A stretch of DNA of 64,000 nucleotides from Gemmatimonadales bacterium (GTDB lineage: Bacteria; Gemmatimonadota; Gemmatimonadetes; Gemmatimonadales; GWC2-71-9): assembly GCA_965249575.1 (NCBI GenBank), contig OZ252244.1:704001-768000 (forward strand). The letters are read 5' to 3'. Shown here in pieces: positions 19,014 through 28,753 of this stretch. Both the position numbers and the translations under genes were made by a program. Each line of letters starts with the position of its first letter. Position 1 is the stretch's first letter. The notes below the pieces were generated by a model. It was not told the DNA's origin. It saw only the letters and a program-made list of their open reading frames with translations, and made no database searches.

Positions 19014-19892
19014 TCACGTGAGGATGGCACGCTGCGCTCGCTGGCGTCTGGCAAGGTCATATGTCTCGGCAACCTCCCCGCCGATGAGAAACACGCAGGC
19101 CGTGTAGTACACCCAGAATACGAATAACAGTACGGCGATGACGTTCGCGTTGGAGTACAGCCGGTCCAGTGTCGCGAACTCGCTCAGGTACAAAGCAAAC
19201 AGGCGTTTCATCAACTCGAAGGCCAGCGACGCAACGCCGGCCGCGATGAGCGCCGTGTCCCAACTCACCGTACGACTGGGGGCGATGCTATAAATCATGA
19301 AGAAGAGAATTACGCCAAAACCAAACCCCGACACCACGCCAAAGAGCGGCTGAAACCCTCCAGGGACGAACGAGGACGCGGAGATACCCGCATTCGCCGC
19401 GAACAGGGCCGCGGAGGCGACGACCAAGAACAGGTCTTGGGCGAGCCCAATGATCCACGGGCGGGACTCCTGGATATCGAACACCTCGTTGAGCGCCGCC
19501 CGGACCGAGCTGAACAGCCGCGTGGCGAACCACAGAAAGAACGGTACGCCATACAGCGAAAGCTGTCCCCGGCTCGCGACCAGTGTGGAGATCACCTGCT
19601 CGACGCGGGCGAACGGATCGTCCACACCCGACTCGCGGGCGGGGAGCACCTGCCCTAGGAGTGTTCCGAGATCCCGTAGCGTCTCGCCCCCGGCCGTGTG
19701 CAGGAAATACCCGATCCCGGCAAGGGAGAGTAGGATGAAGGGGAGCAGGGCCAGCAGGGCATCGAAACTGAGGGCGCTGGCCAAGAAAAACACGTTGTCT
19801 TCGTAGGCGGCTACCGCGACCCGCCGAACGAACCCGAGGGGAGAAAACGCCCATCCGCGTCGCGCGTCGGCAGGCGGAGGGGCGGCGACCAC
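19014..19892 (-). CDS. YihY/BrkB family membrane protein
   Basis: D..FFLASALSF..LLAL.P, ALNEVF, LFVFWVYY...IGGE. Confidence 0.88.
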   Translation of the reverse strand: MVAAPPPADARRGWAFSPLGFVRRVAVAAYEDNVFFLASALSFDALLALLPFILLSLAGIGYFLHTAGGETLRDLGTLLGQVLPARESGVDDPFARVEQVISTLVASRGQLSLYGVPFFLWFATRLFSSVRAALNEVFDIQESRPWIIGLAQDLFLVVASAALFAANAGISASSFVPGGFQPLFGVVSGFGFGVILFFMIYSIAPSRTVSWDTALIAAGVASLAFELMKRLFALYLSEFATLDRLYSNANVIAVLLFVFWVYYTACVFLIGGEVAETYDLARRQRAQRAILT

Positions 19893-19901
19893 GCTCGTTT
19901 T

Positions 19902-20330
19902 TTAGACCGCCGGCTCGTCGGCCTCGGCCTTCCGAGCCTTGGTGCGTGCCGAGCGTGCCTTGGCAAGGCGCCGCTCCAATTCACCGCGCGCCGAATGGAC
20001 CGCCGCCTTGCCTACATCCAGCGCGTCGGTCGCCGCGGTGCGCTTCTCGTCGACCGCTTCCCGGGCAGACACGACGCCTTCTTCGATCTTTGCCTTGGTC
20101 CGCTCGACGCCGCCCGACCAGATTTCCTGCAACTGCTCGGCTGTCTCCTCCGCGGCCGTCACCAGCTCCCGGCCTTTGTTCTTGAGGACCCTTCGAGTAT
20201 CCTCACCGGTCCTTGGCGCCCACAGCAACGCCAGGGCGGCGCCTGCCATCGCCCCCAGTGCAAACGCTGCGAGCCCGCCATCCGATTTCTCGATAATTAC
20301 GACCGGTCTGTCGTCGGCTATCCGTGTCAT
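19902..20330 (-). CDS. YtxH domain protein
   Basis: FALGAMAGAALALLWAPRTGEDTR then coiled coil; GGAGG RBS. Confidence 0.88.
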   Translation of the reverse strand: MTRIADDRPVVIIEKSDGGLAAFALGAMAGAALALLWAPRTGEDTRRVLKNKGRELVTAAEETAEQLQEIWSGGVERTKAKIEEGVVSAREAVDEKRTAATDALDVGKAAVHSARGELERRLAKARSARTKARKAEADEPAV

Positions 20331-20428
20331 TGCACCTCCGTACCGCACGCGCGGCTGCGGCACCACACCATCAAAACGATCCGCGAACACTCACCAGTGC
20401 TGAATCTAGTATGCTCGCCAGCGCGGCG

Positions 20429-21202
20429 TCAAAGCGCGATGGAGATCCCATCGCAAGCGGGCTCGATGCCAGTTGGCAGCTTCGCTGCGAGTTCCCGGTG
20501 ACTCAACCGATGCGTCAGGTGAGTCAGGAGCGTCCGTTCCGCTCCAATCGCCTGGGCCACCTCCACGGCTTCGGGGATCGACAGATGAGTCGGGTGCGGA
20601 CGCTCCAGGAGCGCATTGAGCACCAACACCCGTAGCCCCTGCAGACGCTCCATGGCTTCGGGCGTGACGCTCTTCACGTCTGTTACATACCCGAGCGCAC
20701 CGATGCGATAGCCATACACCCGCATCGTCCCGTGGTCGAATTCGAGCGGCAACACCGGCAAACCGGCCACCGATGTCTCTTGGCCCGGCTCCAGAGGGAC
20801 CGTTGCGAGCTCGGGCTTCGTAGTTCCGTGTGGAGGAACGATCGCGTCGTCGAAAATGTAGCTGAACCGAGTCCGCAGCCGTTCGAGCATCTCAGGGGGA
20901 CCGTACACCGGCAGGCGGTTCCCGCGCGCCGATACCGCGCGCAGATCGTCGATCCCGTGTACGTGGTCAGCATGGTCGTGCGTGAACAGCACGGCATCGA
21001 GATTGCTCACCCCAGCCGCGAGCAGCTGCAGGCGCAGCTCCGGAGGAGTATCGATGAGAATCCGCTGTCCATCGTCACCCTCGACGATGGCCGCTACCCG
21101 CGTCCTCCGATCGCGTGGATCGGTCGACCGGCAGACCGCACAGTCACAACCGATCTGAGGGACTCCGAACGACGTGCCTGATCCCAATACGACCAACCGC
21201 AT
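20429..21202 (-). CDS. MBL-fold metallo-hydrolase (PhnP-like)
   Basis: LGSGTSFGVP.IGC.C..C, IDTPPE, THDHADHVHG, HPTH, THLTH. Confidence 0.9.
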   Translation of the reverse strand: MRLVVLGSGTSFGVPQIGCDCAVCRSTDPRDRRTRVAAIVEGDDGQRILIDTPPELRLQLLAAGVSNLDAVLFTHDHADHVHGIDDLRAVSARGNRLPVYGPPEMLERLRTRFSYIFDDAIVPPHGTTKPELATVPLEPGQETSVAGLPVLPLEFDHGTMRVYGYRIGALGYVTDVKSVTPEAMERLQGLRVLVLNALLERPHPTHLSIPEAVEVAQAIGAERTLLTHLTHRLSHRELAAKLPTGIEPACDGISIAL

Positions 21203-21204
21203 CG

Positions 21205-22635
21205 TTATACCGTTTCGACCTTGAGCAGGTTGGTCGTTCCCGAAACCTCGAAGGGTACACCCGCGGTGACCACGATCAGTTCCCCGGGTCGAACATACTC
21301 CCGAGCCAGCAACGTCTCGCGGGCTACGTCGAGCATCGCATCGTAGTTGGGCACTCGATCGGCGAGCTCGGGAACGACGCCCCATACGAGAGCGAGATGC
21401 CGGCAGGTGCTCGACTCGGTGGAGAGAGCGACGATCGGTACGCGGGGCCGGTGCGCGGCGATCTTGCGGGCGGTGAACCCGCTCTTGGTAAAGCACACGA
21501 TGAGTGGCACGTCCAGCATTTCGGCCGCCGCAGACGTTGCGAGCGCAATCGCATCCTCCACGGCCACACCCTCACCCTCACGCACCGCCAAGTGGTCGGT
21601 TCGACGCCGGCTCGCCATCGGGTCGTCGCCACCCCGCTCGATCTCAACGATGATCCGGGCCATGGCGTGGACGGCATCCACCGGGTAATCACCGATCGCG
21701 GTCTCAGCGGAGAGCATGACCGCATCCGTCCCATCCAGAATGGCATTGGCGACGTCGGATGCTTCCGCACGGGTCGGGCGCGGATGCTGTACCATCGATT
21801 CGAGCATCTGGGTGGCCGTAATGACGGCCTTCCCCCCCTCGTTCGCCCGACGAATGATGCGTTTTTGTACTAGCGGTACCTCTTCGAACAGCAGCTCCAC
21901 CCCGAGATCTCCTCGGGCGACCATCAAGACATCGCTCACCCGGAGGATCCCGGCGAGGTCCTCGAGCGCGGCCGCTTTCTCGATCTTGGCCACGACGCGA
22001 ACAGCGTCCGGTAGGTGCTTCCGGACCGCTTCGACGTCGGCCGGCCGGCGAACGAACGAGACACCGATGTAGTCTGCTCCATGCAAGAGCGCGTGCGCGA
22101 TGTCTTCCTCGTCCTTGGCCGTAAGAGACGGTGCGCTGACGTGGACGCCAGGCAGATTGATACCCTTGTGACTCTTGAGGACACCGCCATACCGAACTGT
22201 GCCTCGCACCCGGTCTCGGCGAATCTCCACGACCTCGACGGACAGGAGCCCGTCATCGAGCAGAATGCGAGACCCCGGCTCCACGTCTTCGGCCAAGGCG
22301 GTGTACGTGGTAGGAATCTGATCGCCCGTTGCCTCGGGCTCGGGGGCGAACTCGACCGTGTCCCCCGGCTCAAGCGTCCGTGGCGTGTCGAGATCCCCGA
22401 CCCGGATCCGCGGGCCCTGGAGATCCACCAGCAATGCCACCGGCCGCCCAGCCTCTTCGCGCATAGACCGAACGAGCTCCATCCACTCACCGCGTACCTC
22501 GGCCGACCCGTGCGAACTGTTGACACGGATGACGTCGACCCCAGCGTCGATCATTGCTCGGAGCGTCTCCGGCGCGGCACAGGCCGGACCGATGGTCGCT
22601 ACGATCTTGGTGCGGCGAAATCCGCCTTTGCTCAT
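21205..22635 (-). CDS. pyk: Pyruvate kinase
   Basis: RRTKIVATIGP, DLQGP, AKIEK, MVARGDLGVE, ATQMLESM. Confidence 0.97.
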   Translation of the reverse strand: MSKGGFRRTKIVATIGPACAAPETLRAMIDAGVDVIRVNSSHGSAEVRGEWMELVRSMREEAGRPVALLVDLQGPRIRVGDLDTPRTLEPGDTVEFAPEPEATGDQIPTTYTALAEDVEPGSRILLDDGLLSVEVVEIRRDRVRGTVRYGGVLKSHKGINLPGVHVSAPSLTAKDEEDIAHALLHGADYIGVSFVRRPADVEAVRKHLPDAVRVVAKIEKAAALEDLAGILRVSDVLMVARGDLGVELLFEEVPLVQKRIIRRANEGGKAVITATQMLESMVQHPRPTRAEASDVANAILDGTDAVMLSAETAIGDYPVDAVHAMARIIVEIERGGDDPMASRRRTDHLAVREGEGVAVEDAIALATSAAAEMLDVPLIVCFTKSGFTARKIAAHRPRVPIVALSTESSTCRHLALVWGVVPELADRVPNYDAMLDVARETLLAREYVRPGELIVVTAGVPFEVSGTTNLLKVETV

Positions 22636-23411
22636 CGACTGGCCTCCGCGCATGCCGCCGCGGCGGCGAGCGCCGATAGAGCCGCTCCCGCCGTGGACGG
22701 CCACCAAACATCCGCCCGCGTGGAGAGCGGTGTCGACGACGGATTGATCTCGATCACCGCCGCCCCGGCCCCCGCGGCTTCGGACGGTAGTCCGGCCGCT
22801 GGGTAGACCAGCGATGACGTTCCGACCACGAGGAGTACATCACATCGGCGCACCGCCGCGACTGCGCGAGCGAGCACGTCCGCGTGCAACGCCTCTCCGA
22901 ACCATACCACACCGGGTCGAATCGGGCTCCCACACGTCGGGCAGGAGGGCGGTACGACCTCCTCGTCACCGCTCACGGTCAGCGCATCGAGCGTTCCCGG
23001 GTCAAACGGATGCCCTCCATCGGCACATCGGAAAGCCTCGAGGGATCCGTGCAGCTCTATCACGTTTTGGCTTCCCGCGCGGCGATGCAAACCGTCGACG
23101 TTTTGCGTCACGACGGTCGCTTCGTCGTACCGCGCCGCCAGGGTTACGAGCGCGTGGTACCCGCCGTGCGGTGTAGCCTCGCTCACCTGACGGCGGCGCG
23201 CGAGGTACCATCCGAACACCCGAGCGGGAGAACGGCGAAAGGCCTCTAGCGTCGCCATCTCTTCCGGTCGGTATCGGGCCCACAGACCGGTCAGGGCCTC
23301 GCGAAAGGTCGCGATGCCCGATTCGTGCGACATGCCGGCCCCGGTCAGAACGACGAGACGTCGTGCACCCAGCACGTGTTTCAGCGCTCCCGGATGGACG
23401 GGCTCAGTCAT
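22632..23411 (-). CDS. cobB: NAD-dependent protein deacylase (class III sirtuin)
   Basis: TGAGMS.ESGI.TFR, WY..RR, TQNVDGLH, HGS, RPGVVWFGE, GTSSLVYPAA. Confidence 0.9.
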   Translation of the reverse strand: MTEPVHPGALKHVLGARRLVVLTGAGMSHESGIATFREALTGLWARYRPEEMATLEAFRRSPARVFGWYLARRRQVSEATPHGGYHALVTLAARYDEATVVTQNVDGLHRRAGSQNVIELHGSLEAFRCADGGHPFDPGTLDALTVSGDEEVVPPSCPTCGSPIRPGVVWFGEALHADVLARAVAAVRRCDVLLVVGTSSLVYPAAGLPSEAAGAGAAVIEINPSSTPLSTRADVWWPSTAGAALSALAAAAACAEASR

Positions 23412-23444
23412 CGCGTCGTCAGCCCGAAACCGTTCGGTTTCCAC

Positions 23445-23650
23445 GTTCCCACATCCTGTCGACATCACCCATCCACACGGCGTTCACAAGTCATGCTCGA
23501 GGGCTGTGGAATTCTTCGAAGTGTCAAACAACGCGAAATCAACACGTGGGGAAGAATGACGTAAGCCCATGAGTTCCGGTGGGTTCTCTCTCGAGTAATC
23601 CACACGGCCGAGGGGACTATCGACAGGGGAGGGAGGTTGTCAACAGCCCC
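23445..23650. promoter_or_regulatory. Cluster of DnaA-box-like 9-mers with an IHF-like site
   Basis: taatccaca 23596, ctatcgaca 23617, ttgtcaaca 23637, ccatccaca 23469, inverted tgtggaatt 23505 and tggggaaga 23547, compared with TTWTNCACA/TTATCCACA. Confidence 0.55.
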
Positions 23651-23651
23651 G

Positions 23652-24890
23652 CTACCGCGAGGCCCCAGCAGGGGCGGCCGCCGGATAGTTCCGCCCAACA
23701 TACTCGTCGAGAATCGCAAGGAACTCGCGGGCGATCGCGTCACCCTTGAGCGTGACCGCCAGTTGCCCATCGATAAAAACGGGCGCCTTCGGCTCCTCGG
23801 CCGTACCCGGCAGGGAGATGCCGATATCGGCGTGCTTGGATTCGCCAGGTCCGTTCACCACACATCCCATCACCGCCACCTTCATTCGCTCGACCCCCGG
23901 ATGCCGGCGTTTCCAGACCGGCATTTGGTCCACGAGGTATCCCTGGATCTCCGCCGCGAGCTCCTGAAAGAACGTGGACGTCGTCCGGCCGCAACCGGGA
24001 CAAGCCGTGACCTGCGGCGAGAAGGCACGTAGCCCGAGCGACTGAAGCATTTGCTGCGCGATACGAACCTCTTCGGTCCGATCACCCCCGGGATTGGGCG
24101 TGAGGGAGACGCGAATCGTGTCACCGATCCCCTCCTGCAGCAGGATGGACATACCGGCCGTACTCGCCACGATGCCCTTTGCGCCCATCCCCGCCTCGGT
24201 AAGGCCCAAGTGCAACGCGTAGTCACACTGCGCCGCGAGGGTGCGGTATACCGTCAGGAGGTCCTGCACGGCCGACACCTTGGCGGACAGCACGATTCGA
24301 TCGTGGGTAAGGCCTACCTCTTCTGCGAACCGGGCGGACCGCAAGGCGCTCTCGACCATGGCGTTCGCGGTCACCTCCCGAGCATCCACGGGCTCAGCGC
24401 TACGGCTGTTCTCGTCCATCATTTCGGTGAGCAACGCCCGGTCTAGCGAGCCCCAATTCACCCCGATCCGAATGGGTTTGTCATTGGCGAGGGCGATTTC
24501 GACGATGGCCCGAAAGTTCTCGTCCCGCCGCTTGCCGCCCACATTGCCGGGATTGATCCGATACTTGGCCAAGAGACCGGCACATTCAGGAAACCGCTCG
24601 AGCAAGAGGTGGCCGTTGTAGTGAAAATCTCCGACGATCGGCACGTTGACGCCGGAGTCGACGAGCCGCTCTACGATTTCCGGTACGGCCCGGGCGGCAG
24701 CATCGTTGTTGACGGTAACCCGAACGATCTCACTGCCCGCTCGGGAGAGGGCCATCACCTGATCGACCGTGGCGGCAGTGTTCGCCGTATCCGTATTGGT
24801 CATCGACTGCACAACGATCGGGTGCGGACTCCCGACGGGGACTCCGTCGACTTGAACGGTGGTGGTGGGCCTGCGCGCCGGGCGACTCAT
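23652..24890 (-). CDS. ispG: (E)-4-hydroxy-3-methylbut-2-enyl-diphosphate synthase IspG
   Basis: [49 protein letters not shown]. Confidence 0.97.
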   Translation of the reverse strand: MSRPARRPTTTVQVDGVPVGSPHPIVVQSMTNTDTANTAATVDQVMALSRAGSEIVRVTVNNDAAARAVPEIVERLVDSGVNVPIVGDFHYNGHLLLERFPECAGLLAKYRINPGNVGGKRRDENFRAIVEIALANDKPIRIGVNWGSLDRALLTEMMDENSRSAEPVDAREVTANAMVESALRSARFAEEVGLTHDRIVLSAKVSAVQDLLTVYRTLAAQCDYALHLGLTEAGMGAKGIVASTAGMSILLQEGIGDTIRVSLTPNPGGDRTEEVRIAQQMLQSLGLRAFSPQVTACPGCGRTTSTFFQELAAEIQGYLVDQMPVWKRRHPGVERMKVAVMGCVVNGPGESKHADIGISLPGTAEEPKAPVFIDGQLAVTLKGDAIAREFLAILDEYVGRNYPAAAPAGASR

Positions 24891-25045
24891 AACAGGTGAG
24901 GAAATATAAGTGCGTGGGGAAGTGGGCGGAGAGCCGCAATGACCCATCGCGCACCAGGCGGGGTGACCGGAGCGCTATTCCAGAGGAGGCCCGGGTGGCG
25001 ACGCGCACCTGGTTCCGCCGACCCGCCCGGACCGCCGATCCGGAT

Positions 25046-25408
25046 TCAGCAGGGTCCGGACCAGTCGACGGGGAACGTGCTCTGGCACGCGGGACAGATC
25101 ATCTCGGCATCGTCGGGGTTGACGTTCGTGCGGCAGCGGCACCGTGGACAGACCGCGTAGATAGGCCCCAGGTGCGCATCGCTCGCGCGTCTGGCCGCTG
25201 GATCCGTCGGATTTCGCCGGACGACGCTCCAGGTGCCGGGCTCGGACTCGGAAAACTCGAGGCCGGCTCGATCTACGGGCACGTTCTTCTTGTTGACATC
25301 GAGAACGACTATCGACGGCTTGGAGTCGTTGACGACCGAGTACCACGCACCTCGTCGTAGCCCGTGCGCTCCCCTGGTCTTGACCCGCGCCCATTTGCTT
25401 GGACTCAT
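25046..25408 (-). CDS. Hypothetical protein with C-terminal zinc ribbon
   Basis: GGAGG RBS; CPRC...CPAC; N-terminal SH3-like beta pattern. Confidence 0.7.
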   Translation of the reverse strand: MSPSKWARVKTRGAHGLRRGAWYSVVNDSKPSIVVLDVNKKNVPVDRAGLEFSESEPGTWSVVRRNPTDPAARRASDAHLGPIYAVCPRCRCRTNVNPDDAEMICPACQSTFPVDWSGPC

Positions 25409-25583
25409 GGCCAGCCTCCCTCAAACCCGAGGCCGAAGACGGCCCGCGTGCTTACACCACTAGCGGCACTATATGCCGGACGGACTCCCGACGCCAGAGC
25501 CCCAACACACGCGAAACGGGGCGTGCTGCCCGCGCGCGCCCCGCTGTCGACTCGACCGACTTGGCTCCCCGTTTCGGGTAGGT

Positions 25584-28073
25584 CTACCCGCACTCGCTGT
25601 AACCGCATACGTGGCATTTCACGCAACCCTCGGCAAACTCGAGCTGCGAGCCACAATCCGGGCAGGCGCCGACGAAGTGCTCTTCCTGCTCGGGCTCGAA
25701 GCGGTCGAACAACTCCCCGCGTGGGCCTGGCTCGGATCTGGCCCGCATCACGACCGCCGAGTCCGCGTCGTCGAGAAGGTCCTGCTGCACCCCCTGCTTT
25801 TCCTGAATCCACTTCTCAATCGCGATGCCGATCGCGTCGGGAACGGAGAGCACTTTATTTGGTCCGAGGCCCGATACCCGATCGGAAGAAATCCCACGCA
25901 GCTGCCGGTGCAGCTCCTGCATCGGGACGCCGGACCGGAGCGCGAGGGAAATGAGCCGCCCGATTGCTTCCACGTCGGCAAACAAGGGACCGCCAGCCTT
26001 CCCGAGACTCATGAAGATCTCGAATGGCTGCCCCTTCTCGTCCTCGGTGATCGTGACGTACATCGTGCCGAGTGGCGTCTCCAGCCGCCGAGTCGACCCC
26101 TTTAGCAGTTCCGGCCTCGAGCGTTTAGCCCGTCGCTGCAGGTTCTCGCTCTCGACCTCATGGAGCTGTTTCCTGGTGCGGCCAAGCTCGGCCTCGAGCT
26201 CGGCGATCGTCGCCTTAAGCTCTGCGACGATAGCGACCGGCGGAGCCTCCTCGCCACTGGCCGCCTTCTGGGCCTGCACCTTCCTCGCGGTCGTACCGGT
26301 GGAGAGTACCTGCATTTCCCTGCTTCCATCCCGGTAGACCGTCACGCCCTTGCAACCCAGCGCGTAAGCCAGCTCGTAGATCCGGCGCACATCACCCTCG
26401 ACTGCGTCCTGGTGAAAGTTGCACGTCTTGCTGATCGCACTGTCGGTGTACTCCTGAAACGCCGCTTGCATGCGGATGTGCCACTCGGGGCTCACGTCGT
26501 GCGCCGTCACAAACGTGTGCTGCCAGCCTTCCGGAACATCGTCGAAGTGGATGTGCCCGGCTTCGGCGACGCGCTCGATGAGCCGCTCGGAAAACCAGCC
26601 TTCTTGCGTCGCAATCGCGACGAAATCGTCATTGACGTCGGGCATGATGACGCCGGCTTGATTGCGCATGAACGCCACTGCGAACAGCGGCTCGATGCCG
26701 GACGAGCATCCCGCGATGATCGAGATTGTCCCGGTCGGGGCCACCGTCGTGAGGTTGCAGTTCCTCAGGCGCCGCATCGGCCGGATGCGGTTCCCAGCGG
26801 GGTCACGCGCGCACGAGCCATCAGGACCCCAGATGCTTCGCTCCCACTCCGGGAAGACGCCTCGCTGCGCCGCCAGGCGTTCGCTTTCAACCTTCGCTTC
26901 CTCGTCGATGAAGCCCATGAGCTTGCGGCCCCACTCGACACCTTCCTCGCTGTTATACGGGACTCCCAGTCTGATCAGGAAGTCTGCCCAGCCCATGACC
27001 CCGAGTCCAATGCGGCGAATGCGGTGCGCGAGGTCCGTGATCGCCGGGAGGGGATACTTGTTAGCATCGATGACGTTGTCGAGAAAGTGGGTGCAGAGGT
27101 GCACGGCTTTGCGGAGGCCGTCCCAATCCACTTCGCCTCCGCGGACGAACAGACCCACATTGATGGACCCCAGGTTGCACACGTCGTACGGGAGGAGCGG
27201 TTGCTCCCCACACGGATTTGTGGCCTCGTAGCTCCCGAGGTGGGGCACGGGATTGTAGTGGTTGGCCCGATCGATGAAGTAGACGCCTGGCTCGCCGGTC
27301 TTCCACGCGCCGTGCACGATCTTGTCAAAGACATCTCGCGCCGGCAACCGGCCCACCGGCTCGCTGGTACGCGGATGCAGGAGATCGTAGTCGGTTCCGG
27401 CCGCGACCGCGCGTATGAACGCATCCGTCAGCGCGACCGATATGTTGAAGTTGGTGACTTTGGTGATGTCGTCCTTACAGGTGATGAACTCCACGATGTC
27501 CGGGTGGTCGACCCGAAGAATCCCCATGTTGGCTCCGCGCCGGGTGCCGCCCTGCTTGACCACATCGGTGGACGCGTCGTACAGCGACATGAATGACACC
27601 GGCCCCGATGCGACGCCCATGGTCGATCGAACGACGTCGTTCTGCGGTCGGAGCTGCGAGAAAGAGAATCCCGTTCCACCACCCGACTGGTGCACGAGCG
27701 CCATGTCCCGGAGCGTGTCGTAAATCCCGCTGCGGCCGTTGGACAACGCGTCGTCCACCGGGAGCACGAAGCACGCCGAGAGTTGCCCGAGGGGTCGCCC
27801 AGCGTTCATGAGGGTGGGGCTGTTTGGCATCCACACCCGCGACGCCATGAGATCGTAGAAGGCCTCGGCAACCGCCTCCACGGCGCCCCGGCTGGCTCCG
27901 TAGGTCGCTTCCGGCTCCGCGATGGTCGTGGCGACACGCCAGAACAGATCTTCCGGGGCCTCGACTAGCTCGCCGTGCTCGTCCTTAACGAGATATCGGC
28001 GTCCCAAGACGGTGAGTGCGTTGTCCGTGAGTCCCAGTGGAGCCCGTTTCCGCGTGTCGCCGGCAATGCCCAT
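25584..28073 (-). CDS. nrdJ: Vitamin B12-dependent (class II) ribonucleotide reductase with TSCPD and Zn-ribbon C-terminus
   Basis: PNSPTLMNAG, SACFV, GGTRRGANM, TNPCGEQ, APTGTIS, KGVTVYRDG, CPDC...CHVCGYSEC. Confidence 0.93.
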   Translation of the reverse strand: MGIAGDTRKRAPLGLTDNALTVLGRRYLVKDEHGELVEAPEDLFWRVATTIAEPEATYGASRGAVEAVAEAFYDLMASRVWMPNSPTLMNAGRPLGQLSACFVLPVDDALSNGRSGIYDTLRDMALVHQSGGGTGFSFSQLRPQNDVVRSTMGVASGPVSFMSLYDASTDVVKQGGTRRGANMGILRVDHPDIVEFITCKDDITKVTNFNISVALTDAFIRAVAAGTDYDLLHPRTSEPVGRLPARDVFDKIVHGAWKTGEPGVYFIDRANHYNPVPHLGSYEATNPCGEQPLLPYDVCNLGSINVGLFVRGGEVDWDGLRKAVHLCTHFLDNVIDANKYPLPAITDLAHRIRRIGLGVMGWADFLIRLGVPYNSEEGVEWGRKLMGFIDEEAKVESERLAAQRGVFPEWERSIWGPDGSCARDPAGNRIRPMRRLRNCNLTTVAPTGTISIIAGCSSGIEPLFAVAFMRNQAGVIMPDVNDDFVAIATQEGWFSERLIERVAEAGHIHFDDVPEGWQHTFVTAHDVSPEWHIRMQAAFQEYTDSAISKTCNFHQDAVEGDVRRIYELAYALGCKGVTVYRDGSREMQVLSTGTTARKVQAQKAASGEEAPPVAIVAELKATIAELEAELGRTRKQLHEVESENLQRRAKRSRPELLKGSTRRLETPLGTMYVTITEDEKGQPFEIFMSLGKAGGPLFADVEAIGRLISLALRSGVPMQELHRQLRGISSDRVSGLGPNKVLSVPDAIGIAIEKWIQEKQGVQQDLLDDADSAVVMRARSEPGPRGELFDRFEPEQEEHFVGACPDCGSQLEFAEGCVKCHVCGYSECG

Positions 28074-28236
28074 GGTGGCTTTCCGTCCAAGCTCGGAGGG
28101 TGACTGGCCTGCTCTCTCAATCTAATGCAAGACGTGCGGGGCGTTTCTTGGTGCGGGGGAAGAAAGTAGAAACTTCGAGGAGCCAGGCAAGTGGGTCCGA
28201 AAGTCTGCGAACCATCAGGCCTATCGAGTGTTCACA

Positions 28237-28749
28237 TCACATAGTTTCGGCGGATACTTGGATGCGTGGGATCTTACCCGCCCGGTGATCCCGAGCCGCT
28301 TGCACGTAATGCGACCACGTGAGGGCGATACGGTCAGCCAACTGGTCGTCTACCGCACGGATCACTCGGCCCGGCACTCCCAGCACGAGCGATCCCGGCG
28401 GCACCTCGGTGCCCTCGGGAAGCACCGCGCCGGCACCGATTACCGAGCCGGTGCCAACGCGGACGTGGTTTAAGAGAATGGCCCCCATCCCCACCAGGCT
28501 GTCATCCTCTACGGTACAGCCGTGCAGGATGGCGCGGTGCCCTACCCCCACCCGCCGGCCAATCGTACAGGGTACCCCCGCATCCACGTGCACGACCGTG
28601 AGGTCCTGCAGGTTCGACTCCTCTCCGACCGTGATGGGTGCGGTGTCGCCTCGGACGACGCTGTTGTACCAGACACTCGAGTCGCGGCCGAGGGTCACGT
28701 CGCCGAGGACGATGGCGCCGGGCGCGATGAACGCGCTCGGGTGGATCAT
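28237..28749 (-). CDS. Gamma carbonic anhydrase family protein
   Basis: GDV.LG...SVW...VRGD, VH, VGH..ILHGC hexapeptide repeats. Confidence 0.92.
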   Translation of the reverse strand: MIHPSAFIAPGAIVLGDVTLGRDSSVWYNSVVRGDTAPITVGEESNLQDLTVVHVDAGVPCTIGRRVGVGHRAILHGCTVEDDSLVGMGAILLNHVRVGTGSVIGAGAVLPEGTEVPPGSLVLGVPGRVIRAVDDQLADRIALTWSHYVQAARDHRAGKIPRIQVSAETM

Positions 28750-28753
28750 GGAA

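Noticed and set aside
28080..28250. NrdR boxes or cobalamin riboswitch upstream of nrdJ
   Set aside because: Only a weak partial match (acatcacatagt); no tandem boxes or B12-box recognisable
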